Of a DNA stretch of 64,000 nt, positions 25,781 to 41,439 are shown one piece after another (the stretch's first letter is position 1; each line of letters starts with the position of its first letter). The translations under genes and the position numbers were made by a program. Under the pieces are notes generated by a model that was not told the DNA's origin, ran no database searches, and was given only the letters and a program-made list of their open reading frames with translations. This DNA comes from the human T2T-CHM13v2.0 reference genome, Homo sapiens, in the NCBI RefSeq assembly GCF_009914755.1, contig NC_060934.1; one strand, 5' to 3'.

Positions 25781-28700
25781 TTAACTCTTAGACATAATGG
25801 ATTTTTTAAATTCTTTTATGACAAATTGCCACTTGCTGTTACTCTGCCAGCATCAGGGAATGGGGTCAGTGCTGTAACTCCCCAGTGAGGACCCACGGCT
25901 TCAGCTTCTCTGTCTTAGCTTTGCTGGAGCTTCTTCTTCACTCAAGGAAACCCCATCTGCAGATTCCAAGCCTCCCACTGGAGAGGTGAGGTCAGGACGT
26001 GGTCATTTGAGTATGGAAATAGCGATAGATTTTATTGCCCCACTTTACAGACGAGTAAACTGCAGACATCACCTCCGCAGTCATCCACACAGTCAGGAGT
26101 AGGCCTGGGCGTCAGAGCCGGACCCTGTGCCCCCATCCTGAGCTCCTCCCAGACCCTGCAGCTTCTCCATGCAGCCTCATGTGGAGGGAGCCCAGTGCCA
26201 CTCTTCATCCCCCCAGGAACTCCCCAAACCCTGGGGCCTCCCTGCCTGCACTGGATTCGGGTCTGAGGGCAGCACTGCCCACAGAGCCCTACATGTCGGG
26301 CTGGACTTTGCCACCAGGACCTGCTCCAGGGGACCCAGGGAAGCAGCCCCTCCCCAGCTCCCAGCAGCCTCCTGGGTCACCCCCTTTCCCAGGGCACTGT
26401 CTGTTCCCCAGGGACCTCAGATGCCTCTGAACACACCTGGCTTGTGTGTATAGGGTGCAGGGGGCATGTTTATATGGGGAGGGAGACAAATATTTTTGTC
26501 CATGGCTGCCTTTCTTTGGCAGCCAGAGCCAGGTACTTCCAGAAGTACAATCTCCCAGGGTGTGCTCAGAATTCACTTTCCAGCACCCCGAGAGTCTCCC
26601 ATGTATCTCCAGAAACCCCAAAACAACCCATCCCTGGCAGGCCAAGCATGCAGGCATGGTGGGTGGCTATGTGGCCTGACTCTGCACGGCCCAGGTGGGC
26701 CCCAGGCTGCAGAAGAAAGAACACAGCACTTCCTCCCTCAAACCCCCAGCGCCTCTCTGGTTGGCCAGCCAGGTGCGGTGGGCAAATGCTTCACCATCTC
26801 TGACCTCCCTGTCCTCATCCATCTGTGTTCCAAGGCAAAGGGGCACTGCCTGTCTGGGCTACTGTCAGGGGAGGGTCTGGCGAGAGGCCCCCTGCACGCT
26901 TGCCAGCCAGCACAAAGCAGTATTTATCCCTTCCTCCTTTCCACCTGGCTGGCACCTGACCTCTCCCCAGTCTGTCTTCAGTGAAGGAAGATATAGAACA
27001 ACGCCCACTTCCAGTGGGTCAGCTCGGGCTTGTCCGGAGCATGGCTGGTCCCCTGCCCAGACCCCTGGAGGACACTGTGGACCCATTCAGGTCCCTGCAG
27101 TGATAGCCAGACCAGGGACACCACCAAGCCCCTCATCCTTATTTCTCTGCCTGTTTCCCCTCCCACTTTTTCTCTCTTAACACTGGACTTCTTTGCCAGT
27201 CTTTTAGTAGTGTTTCAGTGATTTTACATTTAGACATAGGCAATTACTTTTGTTCAAAACATTCAGCTCCAACCTTCACCAACTGAGATAAAAAGCAAGC
27301 CCTTTGCATCCTTTTCTCTTTAACAAGCAAAGCTGTCTCCAAAGAGGCCAGCTCACCGTGGCTACATCTGAAACATGCTGAGTCAACAAATTTTTACCAT
27401 TAAGGGTTTTTTATTGTTATTCTTTAAATCTTTCATCCATGTAAGTATATTCACACTTGAAGCTTGGAAAATGTCTGGATTTTGTTTCTCCTTCAGAAAA
27501 CATACTTTGAGCTTTTGTTTTTCTCCATGTGTAACAAATAATCATTTTGCCCTATGAATCATATTGTCCTGATTTCATAGAAAACAGGTGCAGTATTAGA
27601 TACAGACGCAGAGAGGGTCAACCCACAGCTGTGGTTTTCATGTCTGTGGGCAGGACTTATAGTAGTCCCTATTTCCTAGAGAGGGTATTAGCAGGCAATG
27701 AGGTGACGCTTAGGTTAGAAGCGCTTAGCACAGGGCCTGGTGTGTACTCAGTGCCCAGAAAGGTTGATTTGTATTATTAGCAATTATTCTGAGAAATTAA
27801 CTCTGGCCTTGCTGGCCTGTGCTTCCTGCAGTGAGAGGCCTGATGGAGCCCAGTGGTCTGTGTGGCTGTCTGCTTCCTAGCACTCTCCCTCCTCGGCTGC
27901 TTTTGTGGGGCCTGCATGGTGGAGGGATGCCTAGCACCCCAGAATTCAGCCCCTACTGACCAGCACCCCACAGGAGGCAAGTCAAAGTGAGGCTCTGAGC
28001 TGTAGGTTAAAGGAGGTGCTTGTCCACTGGCCAGGAATGCCATTTCCCTGCTGTAATCGTCCTTGTTGAGGCTGTTCTGCTCTCGGGTTTATCAGAAGAT
28101 AAAGGGGTCAGCCTCCGCCTCCTGGCCTTTGCTTTCCTTCCTAATCCAGAAACATGTGGGTCAGCGCCTGCATGACCAGGATGGATACTGGAAGAGTGGG
28201 CTATGGAGCCTTTGGAAAGGTATCCGGGCATCATTTCCACACCAGCATTCGTGTTATTTCTCCGTGCATGAATGGATGGGCCTTGAAGAGCCCGAAAAAG
28301 CAGGCTGAGCTCTCCTGAAAGGGGATAATCCTTGGTCTTTCTCTTTTTGCCAAAAGATCCTGGATAAATGAACCGAGAGAGACCCCAATCTGGACCAGAG
28401 ATGGTGCCCCTGACGTTTGAGCCCACCTGGCTGAAAGAGGGCAGGTGACAGTCCCAGGACACCCACAGGAGGCTACTCAGGAGCCTGTATTTTGGGCAGA
28501 AACAAAGAAGCTGAGAGGCACAGTGAGGTGGGACACCAGCACGCCGAGGGTCTCCACCTCCCCAAGGCAGGACAGGCCATGGCAGAGGCTTCAGGGGAGG
28601 GTTCCGGCTTTGGCTGGGGGCGTGGGAGTCTCCAGAGGCAGCGAGCCCAGGACACTGATGGTGCAGACCACTGGATTTCTGGAGAACACTGTACTTCGCC

Positions 28701-31700
28701 AGCCTGCGGCAGACACATTATTCACAGAACTTTCTCCAAAGGAGGTTAGCCATGTTTGTCAGGCTCAGGGAGAAGTGAGGAGGCCTCCTTACCATCAATT
28801 AAATATGGGATCCGGATCACCCTGCGCCTGTCTCCTCCCCAGTCCTTTCTGCGACCTCAGGTGGCCTCACTCCTGGCAGGCAGAAGGGACTCGGGTCACA
28901 CACAGCCACACTCGGGGATTAGGACCTGAAGGATATCATTGAGCCCGCGCCCGCCCCAGGCTGGAATTGCTGGGCCGTGATCTCCTCCATCTTTTCTTTC
29001 TCCAGCTGCCTCTGAAGGTCACAGAATCTGCATTTCTTAGGAAAAATGGGGCAAAGGTGAGATGGTACACAGCACACCTGGCCCTGGCTCAGCCCCCCAA
29101 TGTGGACAGGTTGCAGAAGGCCACTGCCTCGCTGCAGGAGGCTGGCCCTCAGCGCCCAGCAGAAGCGGCAGCCCCATCTGTCCCCGAGACCCCACCCCCT
29201 CAGGCACAGCTGAGCAGCCCGCCGGGGCCCAGGGTTCCTTGGTCTTGGGTTCTGATGCCTTCATTCCCAGAACACGAAGCCAAGGCCAGGAGTCGGGATC
29301 TGCTCCCAGGAAGAAGCCTCCATCCCTGCGGAGGGCTTGAGACCCTCTGGGATGCGACCCAGTCCCCACCCATGGCCACTCACTTCCACCCTGCCCCGGC
29401 CCAGCCCTGGCCACCCCAGACGTCTGGCCCTCGTCCCGAATGCTGTCCCCTCTGGCCTCAGCTGTCCTCCTCGAGGAGCGCTATCCTGCTCCGTCTCTGC
29501 TCAGGGTCCCCCCAGAGGCCTCCCGCTGGGATTTGTCTCCACTTTGCAGTTGCCTTTTGCCCCACATGCCCCGTCCTGTGGTTATTTACCTTATGGGGGC
29601 ATCCTCCCTCTTGATTGCGACTCCTCGGAGGCAGATAAGAGTGGGTGGCTTTCATCTTCCAGCTCCCAACTCCCAGCCCACTGGGCTGCTGTGCTGTGGT
29701 GCACGTGAGTCATCAGATGCCCCAGGCGGAAGGCTCGTGGGGGCTCAGGGCCCCAGCTGGGGGCAGAGCACCTCAAGAATCCTCTCAACTGGCTGCAGGC
29801 TCCTAGTTCTTGGTGACTTAGTGGATGGAAGACCCACCTACAGGTTTCCAAGCTGCTGCCTTTCTCTAACACATGGGCGGGTCCTGGCTCAGCACTATTG
29901 TTCTCCACCAGCCCTGACCCAGCACCCACTGTGAGCCAGGCCTGTGGGTGTCAGCACTAAAGACCAGAAGAGTCGCCAGCCCATGGGGCGTCTGAAGCAG
30001 GTGGCACAATTGACCCTCTCAGCCCAGACACCACCCAGGGCCTTCTCCCTGACCTCGGCTACAGCAGATGAGAAGGACACTGTGGGAGAACCGAGTCAGG
30101 ATGCCCAAACTGGATGACTTCCCTGAGGGCGGTGCACTGCTGAAGGCCCGTGGGTCTCCATTCTCTGGGATAATGCCAGACTCCAGCAGAAGCTTTAGTC
30201 TATTTCTGAATAGAGAAAATCTGCTGAAAAACGTCTATTTTCCAGCTGAATAAACAAGCCTTTCAAGAAGAGGAGGATGAAGAAAAGACGGCATGTGTCC
30301 AAGTTGAGCTGAGACGGACTGTAAGCCCAGGCCTGCCTAAGGCCCCCACAGTGGGCATCACCAGGGCTGGGGTCTTAGGGGCCGCCAGCTTCCTCCACCC
30401 ACCTGCCTGCACAGACAGCTCCTGGGCATCAATGCCTCAGCAGTCAGATCCGCCCAGGCTGCTTCTGAAAGAGTTTTGTAGAGAGATTGCTCTTCTGGGG
30501 GCGGGGACAGGACACTTATCTCCATCCCCCCACCAATCATCACAGGAGGATGAAAAACCTCAAAGAAAGACCCAGGGGGCAGACACAGGCACAGATCCCA
30601 GTGGAGATGCAGGCTCCGGAATTGCAGGCTCCTTTTTGGAAACGGCAGAGGCTCCCCATGTGGGCTTCCCTCACCCCTCCGAGGCCTTCCCAGGAAGACT
30701 TGGTGGCAGAGACCGTGTCCACTCAGCAAACACCACCGTTCGCTTTGCTGAGTTTGCAGTTTCCCGCAGCATGGCTGCTGCCCTGGCGAACAACGGGGCC
30801 ACGCCGTTACAATAACCAGCCCTTGCCTGATGAGTTACAGTTTACAAGACTCACTCATTTATGATTTCGTGGGATTCTCTTGTTTCACTCATTGGGAAGC
30901 AGGCGCAGAGAGGTTAAGTGTTCTGGAAAAGGCCCTCCTCTGGGGGTAGAGGGAGGGGAAAGAGAGAGAGAGAGAAAGGATGAGAGTTAATGAGAAAGAG
31001 AGGCAGAGAGAGACGTCGAACCAGCTGGGTCTTCAGGCTCCGTGGCCCGGGCCCTTCAGAAAGTGCCGTGAGTTGATGTGCTGGAGAGAATCCACGTGTC
31101 AGTCCCCGACACCTTATTTCTTCATGGCGATTCCTTTAAAAACACCCGTGGAGCACCTCCTCTGTGGCAGCTCTGAGAAGGCACCAGGGTAGAGACCTGC
31201 ATGAGAGTTGGCCTCTGCTTTGAGCAGTGCCGCGTGCATGGATAATCCTGCCGGCAAGGTCTTCCTGGACATCTCTGAACACTGAGGGTTGGCGTTGCCA
31301 GGGGAGACTCCTGGTCGCCCGCGTCCTATTCAGGTTCTGTGGGTTCCCAGGGCCCTGTGCTCTCTGTCCCCTGCAGGCCTCCCTCACCTCCCCAGCCTCC
31401 TTGGACCGGCTGACTCCCTTTCTCCCCAGGCAGCCCTCCAGACCCCTCTAGACAGGGGCAGGCACCCTGCAGGGCGCCCCTACCACATCGTGTGCTTCCC
31501 CCGCCTAACACATGGCAGTTGCATTCTAGTTATTGAAGTCTTTTCTCTCTCTGGCTGAATCGCAAGCTTTGGAAGTGGGGAGGTGGGAGGAGGGGCCAAG
31601 GGCAGTGTTGGTCTTGTTTAGTTGTCTCTCCACATCCTGGCAGTCAACTCTTAGTAACCAATGCTGAATGAATGCATGGATGAATACATAAGCCAACCAG

Positions 31701-32573
31701 CAGGTACTCTTGAGTCTACAGTCTCCCTCAACTGGCAGCTGATGGATTTCTTTGAAATCAAAAGTGTAGCGTAAACCTACCCACAGAAGTTTAGTCCAGT
31801 CATCATCACTTTTGGAGGTCTGATCCAGGGTGGGCTGTACTCAGCGAGGCCTGGGGTGCAGCTGGCCAGCGTCTCCTCTGTCAGCCACACCCCTGAGCGG
31901 AGGCTCCGTGGAGGGGCTGCAGGCCTCAGCTCCGGGTGCCCTCTTCTCAGTGGGAGACAGCGGGAGGGCTGTGCTGTTTCCAACATTCCCAACACTTCCA
32001 TTGTTTCACACCATTACTGCCGAGCCCCAAGGGCGGATGGGTGGAGCCATGTTGTGTGGGCCCTGCTGTTTTCCTGGCCAGGGTGTTTTGGGCAGTGGTT
32101 CTGTTTCCTATATTGATGTTTCCCACGACCCTGCCAGGTAGCCTCTGATAAAGCACATCTCTTCTGAGTGAGCAATGGCCTTTGGGGGCCATGAAGTACC
32201 TGTGAGTGTGACTCTGCCAGATGACGGGCAGGTGCAGCCATCAGTCGGACCTGAGCAAGGCTACATTCCTTACCTGGCTCAGGTGTGAATCTTCAGGGCA
32301 GCAAAATGTGGATGAGACTGAGTAAGGGGAGAATCAATATGTGTTTTGTTGAGAGAAGGAAAAATATGAGCAGGTCTCATGACAGAGGGGTCAGAGATCT
32401 AAATCTTGGAGGGCCCCAGGGCTCAGTTCCAACCACGCCACCCCTTCTCTCTGCATTCTCTCCAGGGGGCCGTATTTCCCTCTTCAACAGAGACAGCCCT
32501 ATTTTCTGCTTGCTATCCCTGTGTCCTGTCCACTTTCACATTTGCTCCATATTTTTCATCTTAGAGCAATTGA

Positions 32574-32876
<303 letters not shown>

Positions 32877-34133
32877 GAAAATTAAACTTTTAATGTTGAA
32901 ATGATACTTGCATTAACAGAATCCAGGAAGGTTCTGTAGACTGTCCACTTGTGCCTCCAAGCTTCTGCTGTGCTCTCCTCATAGGATGGAGACACCTGTG
33001 TAGGGAACAGGCTCTCTTTAATCATGACTAAATCCGGAAGATGACAGCCACCGTCTTCTCTCTCTTCACCACCCTTTCCTAACACAATGTCAGTAACACT
33101 TACCTTTCAAGGACAACAGGCAGGTTAGAAGAGAAAAAGTGCCCTTGGAGAAGAGTGGGTTAGAACCAACTCCCGTTGGCCTCCCAGTGTGGCGGGAGGA
33201 GGCTTCAGGGTTGGGACTCTTGCTGGCCACTTGTGGCACCAGCCAGTTGAGCTGCGGCCCACACCATGGCCTGTGAGATGCCATGGTCATCAGCACCTAT
33301 CAGAAACATGAGAAATTACAGGGTAGAGGATTTTGAAATATTTGCAGGAAGTCAGTACAACTTGTAAAAAACAAACAGTCTGAACTCTCTTCTTCCATGG
33401 GCTTGGGCATTTATCATATGGTGTGAATCTGCAACTCTATTTAAATTATGTTTCAATAGAACTTTCTGAATTTGCCTTAAACTTGTGGGTCAGGAATAAT
33501 TAGAAAAGGCATATCAAGCACTGATTTTTTTCCAGAAAGTTGATGATAATGTTGGTATAATTTGTAATTTATACAAAATACTTATAAACATTTACTAACT
33601 ACCTCGGGGGCTGTAATGGTGTCGCTGACCACGTAGAAGCCAGGAAGAAATAAAAAGCTACTAAGAGATCATCAGTATTCACTAAGCGGCTGCTTGAAGA
33701 ACCCTGCACCTGAGGATGATAAATTGAAGGTGCTTTGCAAACTGCTAACAAAGCATGACTTTTCACTTAGCTCAAACGACTATTCTCAGCTAATTTTGCT
33801 CATCTTCAATTCCAGGTTTCACTGTGTGCTTACAGAAGGTGAAGTGATAGCTGTTAGTGCTCCCAAGGGTAGAAGAATTTCACGAACCATCAGATGATGC
33901 CAGTGTTACATCAGTGTCACTTTCAAGCAGGAATTTTCAAACAAAATCAGTCCATTCCCATAGCAGTTTTATTTTATTTTTTTATTCATTTCATGGAATC
34001 CCAATACAACTTGGATGTTCCTCCTGTCAAAGGCAAGACCTTGACTTAATTACTAATGTCACAGGAAAGGCAGTGGAAGAGTCAGCATCATGATAAAATT
34101 ATTTGTGGGGGAATTATGAATATGATTATATAA

Positions 34134-34505
<372 letters not shown>

Positions 34506-34964
34506 TCACAGCATTTATAATTGTGTCCAAATTGGACATCTCATCAGTTAAAATAGAAGCTGTTGATGTCAAAATTTATAAATAGTTACATGTACACAGA
34601 GTAACTAAACTGCAAATTCCTGGTAATTAGGCTGATGTTGAATTTTTAAAACACTGCCGCTTTGTAGTATGCACTTTCTCTCTCCTGCTCATCATCAATC
34701 AGATTCTAGAAATGTTCGGGCCTTCAAAGAATTATTTTGTAAATAAACCTAAGTGTCCTAAAAAGATGGTGAATCTTTCTGCAAACAAGGCCCTAAGTGT
34801 GAGTTTAGTTTAGTTCCAAACTAGTTGGAAATATATTATGGGAGGATTCAATAAATGGAGCACCCAAAACCCTCCCCTCCACACCACCCCCCCCACCGAC
34901 ACACACACAGAACTCTTGGCTTTTGAAACTTTTATAGAGTTAAAATTATTGAAAACAAAGGTTA

Positions 34965-35247
<283 letters not shown>

Positions 35248-35525
35248 GAGGTTATGAACAGGAAGACACTAAAACTTATTTCTACAAAAACAAGGAAGCA
35301 ATAAAGTGAATTAAATGATGAGAGCTCACAAAATGCTAATCTAAAAAAATGCAGGCAATTTTATTTTAAAAATTAAAACATGAATAAGAACATTGAAAAA
35401 TATATTGAATGAAACATATTAGGAACAGATAAGGCTAAGAAATTGATCAGAGCCTGTGAATGTGTGCTGAGAATAAGTATTATTTTACGTTCTCATTTTA
35501 TTTTCAGATAATCAATACAAAAAGG

Positions 35526-35800
35526 TTTTTTTCTTTTATTTTTATTTGTTGTTGTTGTTGTTGACACAAGGTCTGGCTCTGTTGTCCAGGCTGGAGTGCA
35601 GTGGCATGATCTCGGCTATTGCAACCTCCGCTTCCCAAGCTCAAGTGATCCTCCCACCTCAGTCCAGCAAGTAGCTGGGACCACAGGCACCCATCACCGC
35701 GCCCAGCTAATTTTTTGTATTTTTTGTAGAGACAGGGTTTTGCCATATTGCCCAGGCTGGTCTCAAACTCCTGAGCTCAAAGCGATCTGTCGGCCTGGGC
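35526..35800 (-). mobile_element. AluJ, 5'-truncated
   Basis: (TTG)n tail, ctcaagtgatcctcccacctcag, aactcctgagctcaaagcgatc. Confidence 0.88.
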
Positions 35801-37342
35801 ATCCAAAAAAAGTTTTCTTAAAAACATATATATGTATATATATACACACACACACACACAAAATATGTTATTTTGTTTTCAGAAAGATTGTTTAATTTTT
35901 AAAAATATTTTGTGAATAGAACTACTTAATAGCCTCCCAGCTTAATAAAATCAAATCATTGGTCAATAAATGTTTTAGAGAAGCATATATTTTGAATCAT
36001 TTTAGCCCCCTCCTTTGCTCTCCAAGAAGTCCTGGTTTGGATGAGAAATTACATGGGACCCATTCCAGGGGCTCTCTTTAAGTGCGGTGGCTTTGAAACC
36101 TGAGTATGGCTCCCAAATCATTGTCTCCTGCTTCCTTGAGAAGAACCCTCATCTGTTTCTTAGTTGAAAGCCAAACAGCTGCAGGTTTTGACCAGGTAGG
36201 TGATGGGTTCGGGCTGCAGAGAGAAAACACTACCCTCTTGGAGCTGCAGGGGGCAGTGTGGGTCAGTCCACTGCTGGACATCCTGGGCCAGCTGGAAAGG
36301 GCACTTTCGGGTTTGGTAGGGCCAGAGGGGTCAGCTGGGCAACTCCTGCTCAGAGGCACTGGCCCAGGGATGGCCCCTTGCCCTCAAATGCCCTGAAAGC
36401 TCCAATTATTGAGGTGCCGGAGAGAAAGTCAGGGACTGGGAAACGGGGACACAAGACAGCCCCTACACTCTGGGGTCTCCTGGGCTGGTTGAGACGTCCA
36501 AAACCCAAATCACCTTACACAGGGCCAGACAGTGTGATGCCAGGAAGGACTCCATCTCAGGTCGCTCAACCTCAAAATCTGGTGGGGTCAAGTAAAGGGT
36601 GAGGAGAGAGAGGGGACCACTCCAAAAGAGGAGGCAGGGATGTTGGGAAGTGGACGGGGATCAGGAAAATCCCTTTCCTACCCTGGGTGTGTACCTCGAC
36701 CTGCCTTCTGCCCTCCCCTGAGCCCAGCCACCTTTTCCCAGTCTCCTGCCGAGCTCCCTTCCTCGGGCCCTAGTGCAGTGACTTCCTGCAGCTCGCCACC
36801 TTGACCCTGGCCTTCCTCCCCAATAACCCCCACAAGGAGTGCCTCCCCCACACGCTGCACTTGCAGCCCACCTCCCCTTCTGACAAGGCCCCAGACCCCA
36901 GATGCAACTCCTACAGACAGTCTCCCCAGGAATGTTCCACTGTCCTCTCTAATGCAACCTTTCATCTTCAGTAACAACAGGACATTGCTCATAGGATTTC
37001 GGTGAGGGTTGATGAGGTCATTTATCTCAGAACCTCAGGTAGCTTATCCCGCTTCATAGGAGCCCAGTAACTGGGAGCTTATATTATTGCCTTATGCCTC
37101 CAGCTAAAAATCATCCTTATCCCCACCCTAGAGCCCCCATTGTCCTTGTCTCAGCTAATGAATGATGCTCCCTCCCACCCCAACTCCCAAGATGGAAACC
37201 CCGATACCTTTGTTGCCCCACTTATCACCCACATCCCACTGACCACCACTGCCAGGGACCCTACCTTTGAAATCCTTCTAAACTCCCTCCCTCCTTTCCA
37301 TTCCCATTGCCTCCGGCTTGGTCTTTCTTAATCCATTGCTTA

Positions 37343-37478
37343 GACCAATACGTCTCAAATATTAATGAGCAGAGGAACCACCGAGGAATCTTCATAAAAG
37401 GTGGGAGGTCTGGGATGGTCCTGAGACTCTGCATTCCTCACATGCTCCCAGGTGATGCTCGGGCTCCTGGACCACTCT
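37343..37478. mobile_element. MER5-type hAT MITE fragment
   Basis: aggtctgggatggtcctgagactctgcatt..ctcccaggtgatgct..ggaccact. Confidence 0.55.
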
Positions 37479-38365
37479 CCGGCCGCAAAGGCTATCCTGT
37501 GTCAGGAGCTGACGCGCAGCATCCAGGGCTCCCTTTGGAAACTTTCCTGGCGGCTCATGACTCGTAGCCAAGATTTTCAAACTTCAGTCTATATAAAGCC
37601 ATTATTCCCCAGATACTCGGATTTCTTCCATCTGGAGTTGGGCACAGGAGTGGGCATCATTCCTTAGTGCCCCCAGGAGACTCTAATAATGTAGATTGTT
37701 AATGGAAAATGAGCCCTTAGGGCCAAGCCAAATCTAGCATAGCATTGAGGACCTACCCAATTCCTCTTCAGACTTTTCCTCCTCACTCATCTTCTCTCAC
37801 ATGCCAGAGAACTGTGAACTGCCTGGACAGTGGGTTCTGTCTGGGCTCCCTTCACTCCTCTGTCCCCTGGCCTGCGTCTCCCTCGCCTTCCGTCCTGAAT
37901 GACTCACTCACTGCACTGCATTTCTGGGGAAGGTTTCATTAACTGCCAAGAGGAATCATTGCTCCCTCACCTTTGCTCCTTGGCACATGGCCTTGTCTCC
38001 AGAGCATGGGAGTGGGGTATCAGGGTGGCTGTTCTTCTGCCTGCCCTTCCTCCTCAATGAGCTACTTTAGGGCTGAAACAAGACTATATTCTTTGCATCT
38101 CTGGGGCTTACCTGGCTGCCTGACCTAAGAACTTGCCCAGTGAAGAATATTAAAAAGACATCAGATGGAATAAAAAGACAGATTTATAATGAAGTAGATA
38201 GCAGGTTGACTGTTGAGGGGAGTAAATATACAACCTGCTTTATCATAAATAAACTCCTTTTCTCATCTCAGTTCTAGAAATCACATGCAATTTGTGCTCT
38301 ACATACTCAGCATTTGGTAGGCTCACAACAGAAACTGATGAAATACAAATCCTTAAAATTCTGCA

Positions 38366-38658
38366 TTTTTTTATATGAGTCTCGCTCTATTGCCCAGGCT
38401 GGAGTGCAGTGGTGCGATCTCGGCTCACTACAAGCTCCGCCTCCTGGGTTCAAGCAATTCTCTGCCTCAGCCTCCTGAGTGGCTGGGATTACAGGTGCCT
38501 GCCACCATGTCCGGCTAATTTTTTTTTTTTTTTTTTTTGTATTTTTAGTAGAGACAGGGTTTCCTGGGCAGGCTAGTCTTGAACTCCTGAACTTATGATC
38601 CACCCGCCTCGGCCTCTCAAAATACTGGGATTACAGGCATGAGCCACCGCGTCTGGCC
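38366..38658 (-). mobile_element. AluS
   Basis: Full-length Alu body with expanded middle T-run. Confidence 0.92.
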
Positions 38659-38783
38659 CAGCATGATTTTAATCACTGTTTCAAGCATCATTTGGACCAA
38701 TTCATGTCTGTGCTCACCAGGTCACTTATGCAAGCCCACTGAGAGTGAATGGCCAGGGACTGGCAAGTTGTCATTGGCCTTAA

Positions 38784-39385
38784 AACTATTGTGGAAGTTA
38801 GTGTGGTGATTCCTTAAGGATCTAGAACTAGAAATACCATTTGACCCAGCCATCCCATTACTGGGTATATACCCAAAGGATTATAAATCATGCTGCTATC
38901 AAGACACATGCACACAGATGTTTATTGCGGCACTATTCACAATAGCAAAGACTTGGAACCAACCCAAATGTCCAACAATGAGAGATTGGATTAAGAAAAT
39001 GTGGCACATATACACCATGGAATACTATGCAGCCATAAAAAGGGATGAGTTCATGTCCTTTGTAGGGACATGGATGAAGCTAGAAACCATCATTCTGAGC
39101 AAACTATCACAAGGACAGGAAACCAAACACCACAGGTTCTCACTCATAGGTGGGAATTGAACAATGAGAACACTTGGACACAGGAAGGGGAACATCACAC
39201 ACCGGGGCCTGTCGTGGGGTGGGGGGAGGGGGGAGGGATAGCAATAGGAGATATACCTAGTGTAAATGACGAGTTAGTGGGTGCAGCACACCAACATGGC
39301 ACATGTATACATATGTAACAAAACTGCACGTTGTGCACATGTACCCTAGAACTTAAAGTATAAATATATATATACATATAAAAAA
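38784..39385 (+). mobile_element. 5'-truncated primate L1PA (ORF2 end and 3'UTR, ~600 bp)
   Basis: ORF 38918..39160 MFIAALFTIAKTWNQPKCP..KKMWHIYTMEYYAAIK..LIGGN is the L1 ORF2 C-terminus; G-rich 3'UTR tract; ends agaacttaaagtataa. Confidence 0.96.
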
Positions 39386-39799
39386 TGGGGACAGACCCGG
39401 GCTCCAGCTGGTGGACAGGCTTTGAATTCTGCAGGTTGTCGCCCATTGCTGGTCATGTCAGGAAAATCACCTGTGGCTCTCCTGAGCACTTCCGGACCTC
39501 AGTGTCTAACAGATGAACAAAATGATCTTTGTCTTTCTCAAGGGTGTCGGCCTCCTCTTAGATCACTGAGCATTTGGAGAGGAGGGTTATTAAATTAATG
39601 CATGAGATAAGAAAATGTTTCAACTAGGAATTCTGCATCTCTGGAATTGTATTAAACCAATTAATACTCCCCAATCAATTACTCTGTAATTTACTCAAGT
39701 ATATTAAAAGTATTGTGGCAGTGTGCAATACCAGATTTTTAAAAACAGTGTGTGCCTCTGTGGGCAGAGCTGCCTGTCGTAGAAGGGCCAGGGCAGCAT

Positions 39800-39985
39800 G
39801 CAGCGGGGGTGAGGGCTTCTGTCTCCAGGGTTCCTGGGTTCAAATCACAGTTCCTCCATATCCTCCAGCCTGACTTTGGGCCAGTTCTCTATCCTTCGGG
39901 AACCTCTGTTTCTCAGCCCTGTGGGGTTATTGTGCGGATAATACAGATATAAAATACCCAGCATATAGTAGGTGCTCATGGAATT
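39800..39985 (+). mobile_element. MIR fragment
   Basis: cctgggttcaaatc..tgactttgggc..acctctgtttc..gcatatagtaggtgctca. Confidence 0.55.
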
Positions 39986-40767
39986 ATTTGTGTATGTGGC
40001 TCATTTTACAAATCTAAAATGTGTGTTTTGGAAATAAAAAAAAGAGGGAAGAAGTAAAAGTGCTGATTGCCACCATCGTCGTTGTTCTGGGCTAATTGTT
40101 ATAATATCCTCATAATGGTTTCATCTTAATAGTGGTGATTACTGAAACACAATTAGGATTTTTCATGCTCATTCAGATGTCTTCTCTAATTACAAGCATT
40201 AGTGTTTAACATGTGAGCAGCCGGGGAATGGATGTTTCTTGGCCTCAGTTCTGAAATGGGTCCATTTGCATCCCTGAGGGAGGCCTCAGGCAGGAGGGCT
40301 GCTGGTGGGGACAGGCTGACCTTGGACGGGGTTCAGGGGGTGGGGAGTGGGGGGGCCACACCTCCACTGCATGTCTGCATTGTCAACAGCAAATCCCATT
40401 CAGCAGGTGCCACTGCCCACCTGCACCTGCCAGTGAGCCTCTAGTGAGGGGTTTCCACAGCACCAAGCAGTCACTGCCACATTTAGCGATGCTCTGATGT
40501 TTTGGCAAAATGGAGTGCCAGGTGAAGATCTGAGGTGATGGCCCACAGGTCCTCAGCATGAAAGAGCCTTTTTCTGTGCTGAGCCACTTTACAATCTGCG
40601 TCTGCCCCTGGGCATTCCCACCCCCTACCCCCAATAAATACCTGCATCCCAGGGTACTCAATTGGCTCTGTCAAGATGAGTGGACCGTGGCTCCATCCTC
40701 GCAGAGGCAGCTTACCTCCACTTCACCTGAGAGTTTAGACATGGCCATGGTCAGATGCAAGGGTCAA

Positions 40768-40855
40768 GCTGGAGCCAGGCAGAGCATGCTGGAGCCGGAC
40801 CAAGCATGTAGGAGCTAGACCGAGTGTGCTGGAGTCAGACTGAGTGTGCTGGAGC
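40768..40855. repeat. Degenerate 20-bp tandem repeat, ~4.5 copies
   Basis: ggag at 40771, 40791, 40811, 40831 and 40851. Confidence 0.8.
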
Positions 40856-41439
40856 AGCGAAGAACAGAGAACTTGGCTGCAGCTGGGTGATGAGGCTGCA
40901 TGAACTAGGCCCTGAAAGGATCGAGGTTTCCCAGGCAGAGTGAAGGGGGATGAAGAAACCGATTGAAAAGCAGTGTCTTGCTGGGTGTGAAGAGGACAGC
41001 GTGGCCAGAGAACAGGGCTTGAATGGGAGGGGTAGAGTTAGCAGGGCGAGTGGAGGGTGGATGGTAGAGGGTCCAGGATGCCAGGCTAGGTCACCCAGAT
41101 GTGATTTCTGCTAAGTGGTTCCAGGGAGGGCAGGGGTCTGGGATGAGATCACCCTGGGTTCCAGTCCCTGATCTGCCCCCACTAACCATCAACCAAGCAG
41201 GTCCTTTGAGTCCTGGTTCCCTCCTTTGAGTGAATGTCCACAGTCAGTGACTGTATCCCCCTGGTGTTGAGAAGCCTCAGTGAGATGATCCGTGAAAGTG
41301 ACAGGCAAAGTTCTTGGCTCAGAGAAAGCCCTGAAATGAAGTTGGCTCTTCTCCTCATCATCACTGCCTGGCACCGGAGGGTCCCACAGCTGCTGCTGGA
41401 TGACCTCTGAGCCTGTCCCTGCCTCTCTGCAGGTCCACC

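Noticed and set aside
28445-30864. Long ORFs of 150-215 aa (e.g. 28967..29614)
   Set aside because: GC-rich intron, overlapping frames on both strands, Pro/Ser/Ala-biased, no recognisable domains.
38918-39160. Intact-looking L1 ORF2 peptide
   Set aside because: Only the C-terminal tail of a ~600-bp truncated L1PA; not an active element.
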